Positions 1-8,783 of a stretch of 38,612 nucleotides of DNA are shown here, one piece after another. Origin of the DNA: an uncultured Oscillochloris sp. (GTDB lineage: Bacteria; Chloroflexota; Chloroflexia; Chloroflexales; Chloroflexaceae); the NCBI GenBank assembly GCA_903877345.1, contig CAIRDL010000120.1, positions 1 to 38,612 of the forward strand, in the 5' to 3' direction. Position 1 is the stretch's first letter; each line of letters begins with the position of its first letter. Below the pieces are notes generated by a model. That model was not told the origin of the DNA. It saw only the letters and a list, made by a program, of their open reading frames with translations, and did not search any database. A program made the translations under genes and the position numbers.

Positions 1-86
1 ACTGTAGCAATCCTACACAGGTTGTGAAGGTTATCCGGCGGCTGAAGCTACGGTAGTGCCTTTTTTCTTAATCTTGATCCTTCTGC

Positions 87-115
87 TTGACAATTAGCCC
101 TCCATGTGGTAGTTT
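87..115 (+). promoter_or_regulatory. candidate sigma70-type promoter of the encapsulin operon
   Basis: TTGACA (87-92), 17-nt spacer, TAGTTT (110-115), about 45 nt upstream of the GTG start at 160. Confidence 0.4.
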
Positions 116-159
116 CGCCCCGCGCATAGGTATCGTACGCAAAGCTAGGAGTTCTCAGC

Positions 160-1092
160 GTGGCTGACAATCAACCGGGTCCGCAGCTTGCCCTGAGCGA
201 CAATGCCGCTAGGCAGCTCGCCAACACGACCAAAACCGCCCCTCTGCTCGCCACCATTACCCCGCGCTGGCTGGTTCATCTGCTCCAGTGGCTGCCCGTC
301 GAGGCTGGTGTTTACCGCCGCAACAAAGTTAAGAACCCTGGTAAAGTTGAAGTTGCATGCGGGAAGCAGGACGAGTCCGAACTGCCACAGACCTTCGTAG
401 ACTACGAGGAGAAGCCCCGCGAGTATGTGCTCAATACGGTTTCGACCGTGCTGGACGTGCATACACGCATCTCGGACTTGTACAACAGCCCACACGACCA
501 GATCAAAGAGCAACTGCGTCTGACCATCGAGACGATTAAGGAGCAGCAGGAAGGCGAGTTGCTCAATAATAAGGATTACGGCCTGTTGGCGAATGTCGAG
601 GCGAGCCAGCGCCTGACGCCGCGCACTGGCGCGCCCCAGCCCGATGATCTCGATGATCTGATCACCAAGGTCTGGAAAGAGCCCGCCTTTTTCTTGACGC
701 ATCCGCTTGCCATTGCCGCCTTTGGCCGCGAATGCACGCGCCGGGGCGTGCCGCCACCCACCGTCAGCCTCTTCGGCGCGCAGTTTCTGACCTGGCGTGG
801 CCTGCCGCTCATTCCTTCCGACAAAGTGCCGGTCACGGACGGCAAGACCAGCATTCTGCTGCTCCGCGTGGGCGAAAAGCGCCAGGGTGTGGTTGGCCTC
901 TATCAACCGGGGCTGGCGGGTGAGCAAGGGCCGGGGCTGTCGGTGCGCTTCATGGGCATCGGGCGCAACGCCATCGCCTCTTACCTCATCTCACTCTACT
1001 GCTCGCTGGCGGTGCTAACCGAGGATGCGCTGGCGGTGCTGGAAAATGTGGAGGTCACGAAGTACCATGACTACCGCGACACCTACCGGTGA
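160..1092 (+). CDS. family 2A encapsulin shell protein (SrpI-like)
   Basis: 310-aa ORF with a GTG start. Blocks typical of SrpI-type family 2 encapsulins as I recall them: ITPRWLVHLLQWLPVEAGVYR, HTRISDLYNSPHDQIKEQLRLTIE, VWKEPAFFLTHPLAIAAFGRECTRRGVPPPTVSLFG, GKTSILLLRVGEKRQGVVGLYQP, SLYCSLAVLTEDALAVLENVEV. Its size leaves no room for a cNMP-binding insertion, so 2A rather than 2B. A desulfurase cargo gene follows immediately. Confidence 0.8.
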   Translation: MADNQPGPQLALSDNAARQLANTTKTAPLLATITPRWLVHLLQWLPVEAGVYRRNKVKNPGKVEVACGKQDESELPQTFVDYEEKPREYVLNTVSTVLDVHTRISDLYNSPHDQIKEQLRLTIETIKEQQEGELLNNKDYGLLANVEASQRLTPRTGAPQPDDLDDLITKVWKEPAFFLTHPLAIAAFGRECTRRGVPPPTVSLFGAQFLTWRGLPLIPSDKVPVTDGKTSILLLRVGEKRQGVVGLYQPGLAGEQGPGLSVRFMGIGRNAIASYLISLYCSLAVLTEDALAVLENVEVTKYHDYRDTYR

Positions 1093-2893
1093 TGAGGTGC
1101 TGCAGGCGGTTGGGGTGCTTGCTGCAAACCTGCCCGATGAGGACATCTTGGCGCGTCTCGCCAATGAGTTCTTTCACATGCTGCCGGGTGAGGCGAGCGG
1201 GGTCTCGGTCGCCGATGCGCCGGTGACGCCTCCCTCCGCCCTGCCCACCGACCTCGCGCCGCCCCGGCTTGCCCCGGCAGCGGTGACGCCCACTGGCGTG
1301 CCGGATTACCTGGCGACCAGCGCCCCGGCAAGCGACGGGCGCGTGGGCGGTTTCGCCCTCGGCGTCCCTGAAGTCTATGCTGCCGCTTTGCCAAGCGTTG
1401 ACGCGGCCCCGGTGCCGGTACCCACATCGCCCTACTACTTTATTGGCGAGGCGAGTGCCTATCAGCCGCCTGCGGGTACGCCAAGTGCCGACCGCGTGAC
1501 GGCGCAGCCTTTTACCCTGCCAGGTGCGGGCGATTTTTCCACCCTGTTGGCAGGCATTGATCTGGGCTATGCCCGCGACCCGCAAGCAGCAGCCCCAACT
1601 GCCGCAGCGAGTCCCGATCCCCGGTTCTATTTTCTGGAGACGGGCGGGCCGACGGTGCTCCATAGCGCCCATCCGCCGTTCGATGTCCACGCCGTCCGAC
1701 GTGATTTCCCCATTCTCGCTGAGCGTGTCCACGGGCGGCCTTTGGTCTGGTTCGATAACGCCGCCACGACCCAGAAACCCCAGGCGGTGATTGACCGTCT
1801 GGCTTGGTTCTACGCTCACGAAAACTCGAATATCCACCGCGCTGCCCACGAATTGGCAGCCCGCGCAACCGACGCCTACGAGGGTGCCCGCGCCAAAGTG
1901 GCTCGCTTCCTCGGAGCTGCTTCGGCCCAAGAGATTGTCTTTGTGCGCGGCGCGACCGAAGGCGTCAATCTGGTTGCCCAGACCTTCGGGCGGCAACATA
2001 TCGGCGCGGGCGACGAAATCGTGGTCTCGTTGCTCGAACATCACGCCAACATCGTCCCTTGGCAGCAGATCGCGGCAGAAAAAGGGGCGCGGCTGCGGGT
2101 CATTCCCGTGGATGACAGCGGTCAACTGTTGCTCGATGAGTACAGTAAGCTGCTCAGCGACCGCACCAAGTTGGTGGCGATCACCCAAGTCTCCAACGCC
2201 CTTGGCACGGTGACGCCCGTCAGCGAGGTGGTGCAACTCGCCCACCGGGTCGGGGCGCGGGTGTTGGTGGACGGAGCGCAGGCCGTGTCGCACATGCGGG
2301 TGAATGTGCAGGCACTCGACGCCGATTTCTATGTCTTCTCAGGACACAAGGTGTTTGGGCCAACCGGCATCGGCGCGGTGTACGGCAAACAAGCGCTGCT
2401 CGACAGCCTGCCGCCCTGGCAAGGCGGTGGAAATATGATCGCCGATGTCACCTTCGAGCGCACGCTGTACCAACCGGCTCCGGCGCGCTTCGAGGCAGGT
2501 ACCGGCAACATCGCCGACGCCGTGGGCCTCGGTGCGGCGCTGGACTATCTGGAGCGCATTGGTCTGGAGAATGTGGCGCGTTATGAGCACCATTTGTTGA
2601 GTTATGCCACCCTGGGCATACAGACAGTGCCGGGGCTGCGACTGATCGGCACCGCTCGTGAGAAGGCGAGTGTGCTTTCCTTTGTGCTGGCGGGCTACAG
2701 CACCGAGGAAGTGGGCCACGCGCTGAATGAGGAAGGCATCGCGGTGCGTTCCGGCCACCACTGTGCCCAACCGATCCTCCGTCGTTTCGGCCTTGAAGCG
2801 ACGGTGCGGGCCTCACTGGCCTTCTACAACACCTGCGCCGAAGTGGATCACATGGTCGCCGTTTTGCGTACCCTCGTCCGGGGGCGGCGCTAG
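1067..2893 (+). CDS. cysteine desulfurase (SufS/CsdA-like, class V aminotransferase) with a disordered N-terminal encapsulin cargo-loading domain
   Basis: ORF 1025-2893. The most plausible ATG is at 1067, overlapping the shell gene by 26 nt; GTG 1097 is an alternative. The C-terminal ~400 aa carry VRRDFPIL, DNAATTQKP, the PLP-lysine motif FSGHKVFGPTGIG and the catalytic Cys in RSGHHCAQP. The N-terminal ~200 aa are Pro/Ala-rich and low-complexity, with LARLANEFF at 1148-1174. Confidence 0.85.
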   Translation: MTTATPTGDEVLQAVGVLAANLPDEDILARLANEFFHMLPGEASGVSVADAPVTPPSALPTDLAPPRLAPAAVTPTGVPDYLATSAPASDGRVGGFALGVPEVYAAALPSVDAAPVPVPTSPYYFIGEASAYQPPAGTPSADRVTAQPFTLPGAGDFSTLLAGIDLGYARDPQAAAPTAAASPDPRFYFLETGGPTVLHSAHPPFDVHAVRRDFPILAERVHGRPLVWFDNAATTQKPQAVIDRLAWFYAHENSNIHRAAHELAARATDAYEGARAKVARFLGAASAQEIVFVRGATEGVNLVAQTFGRQHIGAGDEIVVSLLEHHANIVPWQQIAAEKGARLRVIPVDDSGQLLLDEYSKLLSDRTKLVAITQVSNALGTVTPVSEVVQLAHRVGARVLVDGAQAVSHMRVNVQALDADFYVFSGHKVFGPTGIGAVYGKQALLDSLPPWQGGGNMIADVTFERTLYQPAPARFEAGTGNIADAVGLGAALDYLERIGLENVARYEHHLLSYATLGIQTVPGLRLIGTAREKASVLSFVLAGYSTEEVGHALNEEGIAVRSGHHCAQPILRRFGLEATVRASLAFYNTCAEVDHMVAVLRTLVRGRR

Positions 2894-3017
2894 ACAAAGG
2901 GGCCAGGGTTCAGGTCAGGGGCTAGGCCCAATACTTTTTAAATAAGCGCCGGGCCCTCACCCCCCCTTCTCCCTGGTTGGCTCCCCTCTCTCGCAGAGAA
3001 AAGGGCGGCGTCGGCTG

Positions 3018-3055
3018 CAAACGGTCAAGCTGGTTCAAGCCAGCTTGACCGTTTG
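3018..3055. repeat. perfect 16-bp-stem palindrome built from two inverted copies of the CCAGCTTGACCGTTTG repeat core
   Basis: caaacggtcaagctgg (3018-3033), ttcaag loop, ccagcttgaccgtttg (3040-3055). The core is shared with the dispersed repeat at 21938, 23798, 30554, 32143 and 37806. The adjacent motif ctatagcaatccttttgaggttgcgaagg (3108-3137) recurs at 2-31. Confidence 0.8.
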
Positions 3056-3281
3056 GTGCGCGGAACAATGCCTTTCGGGCTACTGACAACGGATTCCGCA
3101 TCAGAAAGCTATAGCAATCCTTTTGAGGTTGCGAAGGCGGCACATTGCACCAAACCGGCAGAGATGGCATACTTCCAGATGTAGCAACTACGCCGCCAGC
3201 CGATCTGGCGTATGCAGCACACCAGGACTGAAATGAGGTGCGGCGACGATCTCAGGCGTACCAAGGGAGCAGGGAAGAGCT

Positions 3282-3647
3282 ATGCGAGTTCTTTTGGTTG
3301 ATGATGAGACTGAAGTGCGGCGCTTCTTTGCACGGGTGCTAACCGAGCTTGGATCGTGGCTTGAGGTGCTTCAGGCGGCTGATGGCCGCGAGGCGCTCGA
3401 ACTCTTTCTGCGCGACCCTGTTGATTTAGTACTGAGCGACCAGCGGATGCCGCACATGACCGGTCTTGAACTGTTGATGGCCCTGCGTTCGCATTCGCAC
3501 GTCCCCTTTCTGCTCATCTCCGCCGATGACAGTATTGCGCGGGTGGCCTTTGCCCTGGGGGCCAACGAGTTTCTTACGAAGCCGATTAGCCTCGTGGCGT
3601 TGCGGAATGTGGTCAAGCATTACGCCCCGCCTGCGGAACAAGGCTAG
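3282..3647 (+). CDS. single-domain response regulator (CheY-like receiver)
   Basis: 121 aa. MRVLLVDDE acidic pocket, phospho-acceptor context DLVLSDQRMPHMTG, conserved Lys in FLTKP. GGGAG-type RBS upstream. Confidence 0.85.
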   Translation: MRVLLVDDETEVRRFFARVLTELGSWLEVLQAADGREALELFLRDPVDLVLSDQRMPHMTGLELLMALRSHSHVPFLLISADDSIARVAFALGANEFLTKPISLVALRNVVKHYAPPAEQG

Positions 3648-3665
3648 CTTGCCGATGTGCGTTTG

Positions 3666-3717
3666 AGATTTGTGATTTGTCAGAGTGCGGCCCGGTCACG
3701 GATCACGAATCACGGAT
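3666..3717. repeat. GATCACG-type palindromic intergenic element (reverse-oriented, degenerate copy)
   Basis: gatttgtgatttgtcagagtgcggcccggtcacggatcacgaatcacggatc. The reverse complement carries the family loop ccgggccgcaCTctgacaaatcac. It lies inside the N-terminal extension of track ORF 3657-4511. Confidence 0.7.
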
Positions 3718-3734
3718 CAAAGGCAACCCTTTCT

Positions 3735-4511
3735 ATGCCCATTCCTCACTATGACGGCTATATCTTCGACCTTGACGGCACGCTTTATCTGGGCGAGGTG
3801 GCCCTGCCCGGTGCGGTTGAGGTGCTCGCCAGTTTGCGGGCCGCCGGTCGTCGTGTGGTTTTTCTCTCGAATAACCCGACCAAGACTCGCGCCCAGTACG
3901 TGGTCAAGCTACAAGGACTAGGCTTCCAAGCCGATCTAGCCGAGGTAGTCAACTCCTCGTATGTCTTGGTGCAGTGGTTGCGCGAACACGCGCCAGGGGC
4001 GACGCTCTTTGTCTGCGGCGAGGCACCCCTGATCGGCGAACTGACGGCAGCGGGTTTTCCGCTCAGCGAACAGGCCGACGCGATTGCGGTGGTGGTGGCG
4101 TCGTTCGACCGCACCTTCACCTACCACAAGCTTCAGGTGGCCTTTGATGCCATCAGGGCCGGAGCTTGCCTCGTGGCGACCAACCCCGACCGCTTCTGTC
4201 CTGTCCCTGGTGGGGGCGAGCCGGACGCCGCTGCGATCATCGCCGCCATTGAAGCCTGTACGAACACCCGTTGCCTGGTGAATGTCGGCAAGCCCTCACC
4301 GCTCATGGCGCGCACAGTCAGCGCCCTGCTCCAGTTGCCGCCGGCGCGCTGTTTACTGGTGGGCGACCGCCTGCTGACCGATATTGCGATGGGCGCGGGG
4401 GCCGGGATGGACACGCTGCTGGTACTCACCGGGGATAGCACCCGCGCTGACCTACCCGACGCCCCCGCCCAACCCACCTACATCGCTGCAACGCTGCACG
4501 CTCTGCTCTAG
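3735..4511 (+). CDS. HAD-superfamily subfamily IIA hydrolase (NagD-like sugar-phosphate phosphatase)
   Basis: HAD motifs: I FDLDGTLYLG, II FLSNNP, III VGKP, IV VGDRLLTDI. Start moved to ATG 3735 (MPIPHYDGYIF) because the longer ORF reads through a repeat element. Confidence 0.8.
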   Translation: MPIPHYDGYIFDLDGTLYLGEVALPGAVEVLASLRAAGRRVVFLSNNPTKTRAQYVVKLQGLGFQADLAEVVNSSYVLVQWLREHAPGATLFVCGEAPLIGELTAAGFPLSEQADAIAVVVASFDRTFTYHKLQVAFDAIRAGACLVATNPDRFCPVPGGGEPDAAAIIAAIEACTNTRCLVNVGKPSPLMARTVSALLQLPPARCLLVGDRLLTDIAMGAGAGMDTLLVLTGDSTRADLPDAPAQPTYIAATLHALL

Positions 4512-5728
4512 TACGAAATGATCACCCGCGTGCCGACTGCCGCCCATTTATAAAGCCACTCGGCGTCGTCTACGCGCAAGTTGATGCAGCCGTGCGACAT
4601 ACGCACGCCAGTGCCGTGGGCGTTGTGCCAGTACGTGCCGTGCAGCGCCACGCCGCCAACGACATACTGTACCCAGGGAATGTTCGGCACCGTCCAGCAC
4701 TCATCGCCGAGACAGCCCGCCATCGTCTGCTCGTCATACTTGCTGTAGATCGCATACTCACCGACAGGCGTGTTGAAGCCATCGCGCCCCGTCGCCACGG
4801 GTGCCCGGTACACGAGCAGATCACCCTCGTAGGCGCTGAGCCACTGTTCGCTCAGATTGACCTCAATGCGCCGCTCCCAAAGCGCCGGATCCCAGATGAA
4901 GGTGCCGAGCAGTTGCGGCAGTGGCGCAATGTTGATGCTGCGGAGTTGCGCTAACTGGCGACCCAGATCACTCAGTTGTACTTCGCCGAGGGTGTCAATG
5001 GGGAAGCCGCGCATAGCCGCTTGGCCCGCGAGGAAGGCGTTGGCCTGTTCGGGGAGATAGACCAACTTGGCCCGCTCGAAATACTGCACACTCCGCCCTT
5101 GCTCATCCACCGTTTCGCTGAGCGGGAAGCCAAACACCCGCAGCCCGCCCCGTTTCTCCCACGCACGGGCAAACGTACCGCTGAGCGTGTGACGGGTTTC
5201 GGGGAAGTAGCGGGCACCATTCTGCGGATCGTCAAGCCCGTCGGGCGTGCCCTGGATGGCGAGCATTTCACGCCCAATTAGGCCGAGTTGCACCTGTTGT
5301 TCGGTGGCAAGTTCGGGGTGAAATTCGAGGCGGGCGCGCTCAAAATACTGGACAATTCGCCCCTGCTCAACCAATTCCTCGGTGATCGGATAGCCAAAAG
5401 TGCCAACCTGCCCGTTGGCCCGCCAGAAGTTAAGAAAGCCGCTGCGATTGCTCACGTGGTGGCCGGTCTGTGGAAAATAGACCGTCTGCATCGTGGGGAG
5501 CTGCGCAGCATGAACCATCCCGGTCGGTTGGGCGAGGCGGGCGCGGAACTGAGCCTCGGAGGTCTGGGCAGCCTGCACGGCAGCACGGGCGGCGCTGCCA
5601 CTCAGCGGTGCGACAAAGTCAGCCGTGGGGAGGCGCGCATCCGCCGCACGTGACCAACCAATCCCGGCGGCGAGCAGCAGCATGGTCAGCAGCAGAAGCG
5701 TGGCGAGCTTGATCCTGCGGGTGGACAT
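4508..5728 (-). CDS. secreted L,D-transpeptidase (YkuD domain) with two internal N-terminal repeats
   Basis: N-terminal signal/TM segment LATLLLLTMLLLAAGIGWS. YkuD catalytic motif HGTYWHNAHGTGVRMSHGCINLR near the C-terminus. Repeated GYPITEELVEQGRIVQYFERARLEF and GFPLSETVDEQGRSVQYFERAKLVY modules. Confidence 0.8.
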   Translation of the reverse strand: MSTRRIKLATLLLLTMLLLAAGIGWSRAADARLPTADFVAPLSGSAARAAVQAAQTSEAQFRARLAQPTGMVHAAQLPTMQTVYFPQTGHHVSNRSGFLNFWRANGQVGTFGYPITEELVEQGRIVQYFERARLEFHPELATEQQVQLGLIGREMLAIQGTPDGLDDPQNGARYFPETRHTLSGTFARAWEKRGGLRVFGFPLSETVDEQGRSVQYFERAKLVYLPEQANAFLAGQAAMRGFPIDTLGEVQLSDLGRQLAQLRSINIAPLPQLLGTFIWDPALWERRIEVNLSEQWLSAYEGDLLVYRAPVATGRDGFNTPVGEYAIYSKYDEQTMAGCLGDECWTVPNIPWVQYVVGGVALHGTYWHNAHGTGVRMSHGCINLRVDDAEWLYKWAAVGTRVIISY

Positions 5729-5870
5729 AGCGATCCTTAACTATATGGCGGGTGAATCTAGTGTGCAGGATTCCCAACGGGGGTATGCCCCATTATAGCT
5801 AAGGCAGACGTTTCCGACTAGGGGGCTTGTCGCCAATGACGTGCGCAGATCGTCATCCAGGCACCTACTG

Positions 5871-7226
5871 TCACGGCGTCGCCTGGGTCGTATCCATATC
5901 CGCTGCTTCGGGCCAAGGCTCTTGGTTGCCCGCCGCATCGGTACCCCGGATGCGGAAGGCAAAGTGTTTGCCCTCATCTGGCCCCCACCAAGCGCTCGTC
6001 GTACTGACCCCAAGCTTCCAGTTCGTCCAGCCACCCTTGGGCAACTTACGCACTTGCAGGTCATACGTGGCGAGGCCGCTCATATTGTCGCTGCCGCCCC
6101 ATGTGATCTGGTAGCCGTTGTCTTTGCGCCTAATGGCAACCACTTGGGCATCGGGCGCGACGGTGTCGGTACGCGGCACCCACGCCAGCGCATCAAAACG
6201 CACGACCCGACTATTATCATCGGTGAGGTCGCTCAGGGTGACGCTCGGCGGCCCGTTGGCCTCGCCACTAAAACGAAAGCTGCCGAGGGAAGCCCAGTCA
6301 CCAGCGTGGGCTTGCTGATTCACCAAGACTTCGGTGGTTACGCCGTCGTGGGCGACCTTGTAGTGGGCCGAAGTCGTGGCGACGCCCCCGCATTCGGGGA
6401 TGTAGGCCAACAGTTCGTAGAAGCCCGGCGCAGGCAGTTGCGGCTCCCAGGTGGCCGAGGCTGTGGCTTTGCTCGGGTTCGTGGTTGATTTCGTCCAGGC
6501 ATGTTTCCCGCCCAACCCACAGCCCGCCTCACTCCAAGGTTCGCCCTGCCGCGTGTAGCCAACCGCACCGTCGTCCACGGCGATTGCGCCAGCTTCAATG
6601 GGAACGGGCTTGGCGGCTACGGCAGCGGGCGGCGCAGCGGGAATCGTTGTTGTGGGCGGAACAATCGTCACGGCGGCTCCCGGCCCGGGGTCCGTTCCGA
6701 GCCAAAGGAAGCTGACCTCAACCCAATCGTCGCGTTTCATCTGAAGATCATCCAAGAAGGTGCCATCGGCGATGTCAATACCATTGGGGCTATTGATGTG
6801 GCGGCCCCACTCGTCAAGCCCGCCGTTGTAGCCGTCAAGGTAAGCCGCCTCAGCCATCGGGCGACCAAGCGGCAAGTCGCGGTACCGCCGGTTCGGACTC
6901 CAATAATCATCCTGCGTATTCCACGGGCCGACATCCCACACCGGGACGACCACACTGCGCCCTTTGTAGGTCACGCGCACCTGAAACTTGGCGCTACCGT
7001 CAGGGGCAACCACCGAGCGTGAAGGCAAGGCGACGAAACGGTCGCGGGGCAAGACGAGATGGCCGTTGACGGTGATTTGGCCGACGAGACCCTCGCGGGT
7101 GGCGAAGATGCGGTAGGTTGGGGCAAGTGTGGACTGGGCCAAGGCAATGGGGACACCCCGCACCTGGGTTATGCTGGCAATGACAAGCACCAAGGCGATG
7201 TAGGGGCGTAGCTTGGCTGCGATCAT
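5871..7226 (-). CDS. secreted multidomain protein of unknown function
   Basis: 451 aa with signal peptide LVLVIASITQVRGVPIALAQS. The domain impressions are weak: an N-terminal RlpA/3D-like barrel region, a central Pro/Ala linker, a GxY...AxY.V.H.G....V.VNQ....G.W..LG.F.F segment (golvesin-C-like) and a C-terminal Fn3-like module. Confidence 0.6.
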   Translation of the reverse strand: MIAAKLRPYIALVLVIASITQVRGVPIALAQSTLAPTYRIFATREGLVGQITVNGHLVLPRDRFVALPSRSVVAPDGSAKFQVRVTYKGRSVVVPVWDVGPWNTQDDYWSPNRRYRDLPLGRPMAEAAYLDGYNGGLDEWGRHINSPNGIDIADGTFLDDLQMKRDDWVEVSFLWLGTDPGPGAAVTIVPPTTTIPAAPPAAVAAKPVPIEAGAIAVDDGAVGYTRQGEPWSEAGCGLGGKHAWTKSTTNPSKATASATWEPQLPAPGFYELLAYIPECGGVATTSAHYKVAHDGVTTEVLVNQQAHAGDWASLGSFRFSGEANGPPSVTLSDLTDDNSRVVRFDALAWVPRTDTVAPDAQVVAIRRKDNGYQITWGGSDNMSGLATYDLQVRKLPKGGWTNWKLGVSTTSAWWGPDEGKHFAFRIRGTDAAGNQEPWPEAADMDTTQATP

Positions 7227-7361
7227 AGGGGAGCAGGAGGTCAGCGGGCGCTCGTGTTAGGGTCGCTTGCCCACTAAACCCTCGTAGGCCAGGGGCGTGA
7301 GCGTGGTTGCTCACGCCCCGAGGCGCGTGCCGTTTGTGCGGCGTTGTTAGGGAAGTGGAAA

Positions 7362-7436
7362 TGATCCGTGATGCGCGTGATCCGTGATCGGGCCGCACCT
7401 TGACCAATCGCGGATCACGGATCACCGATCACGCGT
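7362..7436. repeat. GATCACG-type palindromic intergenic element
   Basis: tgatccgtgatgcgcgtgatccgtgatc / loop gggccgcaccttgaccaatcg / cggatcacggatcaccgatcacgcg. Arms share a stem of at least 13 bp (gtgatccgtgatc). A partial copy of the second repeat family (gacgtttcaaacc) follows immediately. Confidence 0.85.
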
Positions 7437-7467
7437 CAGATGGGACGTTTCAAACCTTCCGTTCCCC

Positions 7468-8496
7468 TTACGACCCGCCCGTCACCGTCAGGTTTTTGAG
7501 GGAGGGCAGGGCTGCAATCCAGACCGGGCCAGGGTTCAGGGCGATCTCAGTGCCGTCGCGGCCATAGAACTGGAGTTGGGCGAAGCCCGCCGCTTTGCGC
7601 CACGTAGCCGTGAGCATTTTGCCATCCATGAAGATCCGGGCCTGCCCTTCGCCCAGCACATCCTGCTCAATCCGGCGCTTAGGATCACCAGGGATGGGGC
7701 GCTCGGGTACTTCAAGCAGCACCACATTCTTAAAGCTCAACTGCTGCTTCGTGACGGCATCCAGATGCGGGCGCTTCTGGCGGAAGTAAAGGTAATTGTT
7801 GCTCGCCGGATCGTAGCGCCAGGCGACATAAGTCTCGGGGTAGAGGAAATAATAGTTGAAGCTCTGCGCGGCGGGCCGTTGGGCCACAGGCGCTTCCGTT
7901 TTGTAGAGGAAGCCAAGCTCACGCAAATCGGGCAGCGTGCCTTTCTGCGCAGTAGCAAAAGCAGCGAGGTTGGCACTGGAGGTGTAGAGATTGTGGGGCG
8001 CAAAGCGGCCCTTCGCCCGCCAAAAGTAGGCTGAAGCGTTATTCCGTAGCGCATCCATATTCAGAAGCTCAATCGCCGTTTGGGCCATGAGCAGCCCATC
8101 GGGCGACCCGCCAGCGTGGGCATAGACGGCACGGAACCCTTTAGCGTACTCGACGAAGTAGGCGCGGGTACTCCGCACAGGGCCAATCGCGGGCAATTCG
8201 GGGCTAATCCCAGGCACAAAAACCGCCATGTAGCGGGTGATGCCATACTCAGCCAGTACCTCAAAGACAATAGGCGCTTGATTGAGCCCCGTCTGTGGGT
8301 AGGCGTTGGGGTGATTATCAATCATCACCGCAAAAGGGCGGGCAGTGACGCCCCCACGGGGTACCGTAAGCGGGGCAGTGGTCGGTGTTGGGGGCGTGGT
8401 GCGTGTTTGCGGGTGGGCATTGGCGGTGACAACCCCGGCGAGGGTGGTTACGAGGAGGAGCAGCAGGGCACTGGCGCGATGCAGGTGTTGGGCCAT
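7468..8496 (-). CDS. DUF3048-family secreted protein (YerB-like)
   Basis: Signature RPFAVMIDNHPNAYPQTGLNQAPIVFEVLAEYGITRYMAVF, with signal peptide ALLLLLVTTLAGVVTANA. The track ORF begins at a TTG (8535); ATG 8496 (MAQHLHR) with an upstream GGAAGGA is preferred. Confidence 0.75.
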   Translation of the reverse strand: MAQHLHRASALLLLLVTTLAGVVTANAHPQTRTTPPTPTTAPLTVPRGGVTARPFAVMIDNHPNAYPQTGLNQAPIVFEVLAEYGITRYMAVFVPGISPELPAIGPVRSTRAYFVEYAKGFRAVYAHAGGSPDGLLMAQTAIELLNMDALRNNASAYFWRAKGRFAPHNLYTSSANLAAFATAQKGTLPDLRELGFLYKTEAPVAQRPAAQSFNYYFLYPETYVAWRYDPASNNYLYFRQKRPHLDAVTKQQLSFKNVVLLEVPERPIPGDPKRRIEQDVLGEGQARIFMDGKMLTATWRKAAGFAQLQFYGRDGTEIALNPGPVWIAALPSLKNLTVTGGS

Positions 8497-8783
8497 ACGA
8501 GAGTTCCGTTCCTTCCGCGTGCGTGGCGGGTGCAACCCATAGCAGCGCCCATCATAGCATAGATTTGAGTGCGCCGAAGTATGGTTCGTAATGACCCCGC
8601 AAACTGGCTGTCATCATTTCGTTACCTACGCTGTGCGGTCATGCACCTTTTGGCTCGGTTAGGTCAGGGCAAGGGCAATCACCTGCCCGTAATTCCCACC
8701 GCAGCGCGCAAAAGGAGGTCCGCCTATTGGTCAAACCTGTGTCCACTGGAAGCTTTTTTGATCTAAAGCGAGGGAGTTAGGAT

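Noticed and set aside
145-927. 260-aa minus-strand ORF antisense to the encapsulin gene
   Set aside because: It is a shadow ORF typical of high-GC DNA: Arg/Gly/Ala-rich, with no motifs. The plus-strand frame has a strong family-level match.
1055-2293. 412-aa minus-strand ORF antisense to the cysteine desulfurase
   Set aside because: Same reasoning: the composition is Arg/Gly/His-rich and the plus frame carries clear PLP-enzyme motifs.
3657-3734. Upstream extension of the HAD hydrolase ORF
   Set aside because: It reads through a palindromic repeat element. The HAD motif I (DLDGT) lies right after ATG 3735, as in NagD-like proteins.
4508-4511. Four-nt convergent overlap of the HAD and L,D-transpeptidase stop codons (CTAG)
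   Set aside because: The overlap is real but trivial. It leaves no room for terminators, which is common in compact genomes, and is not evidence of a functional link.
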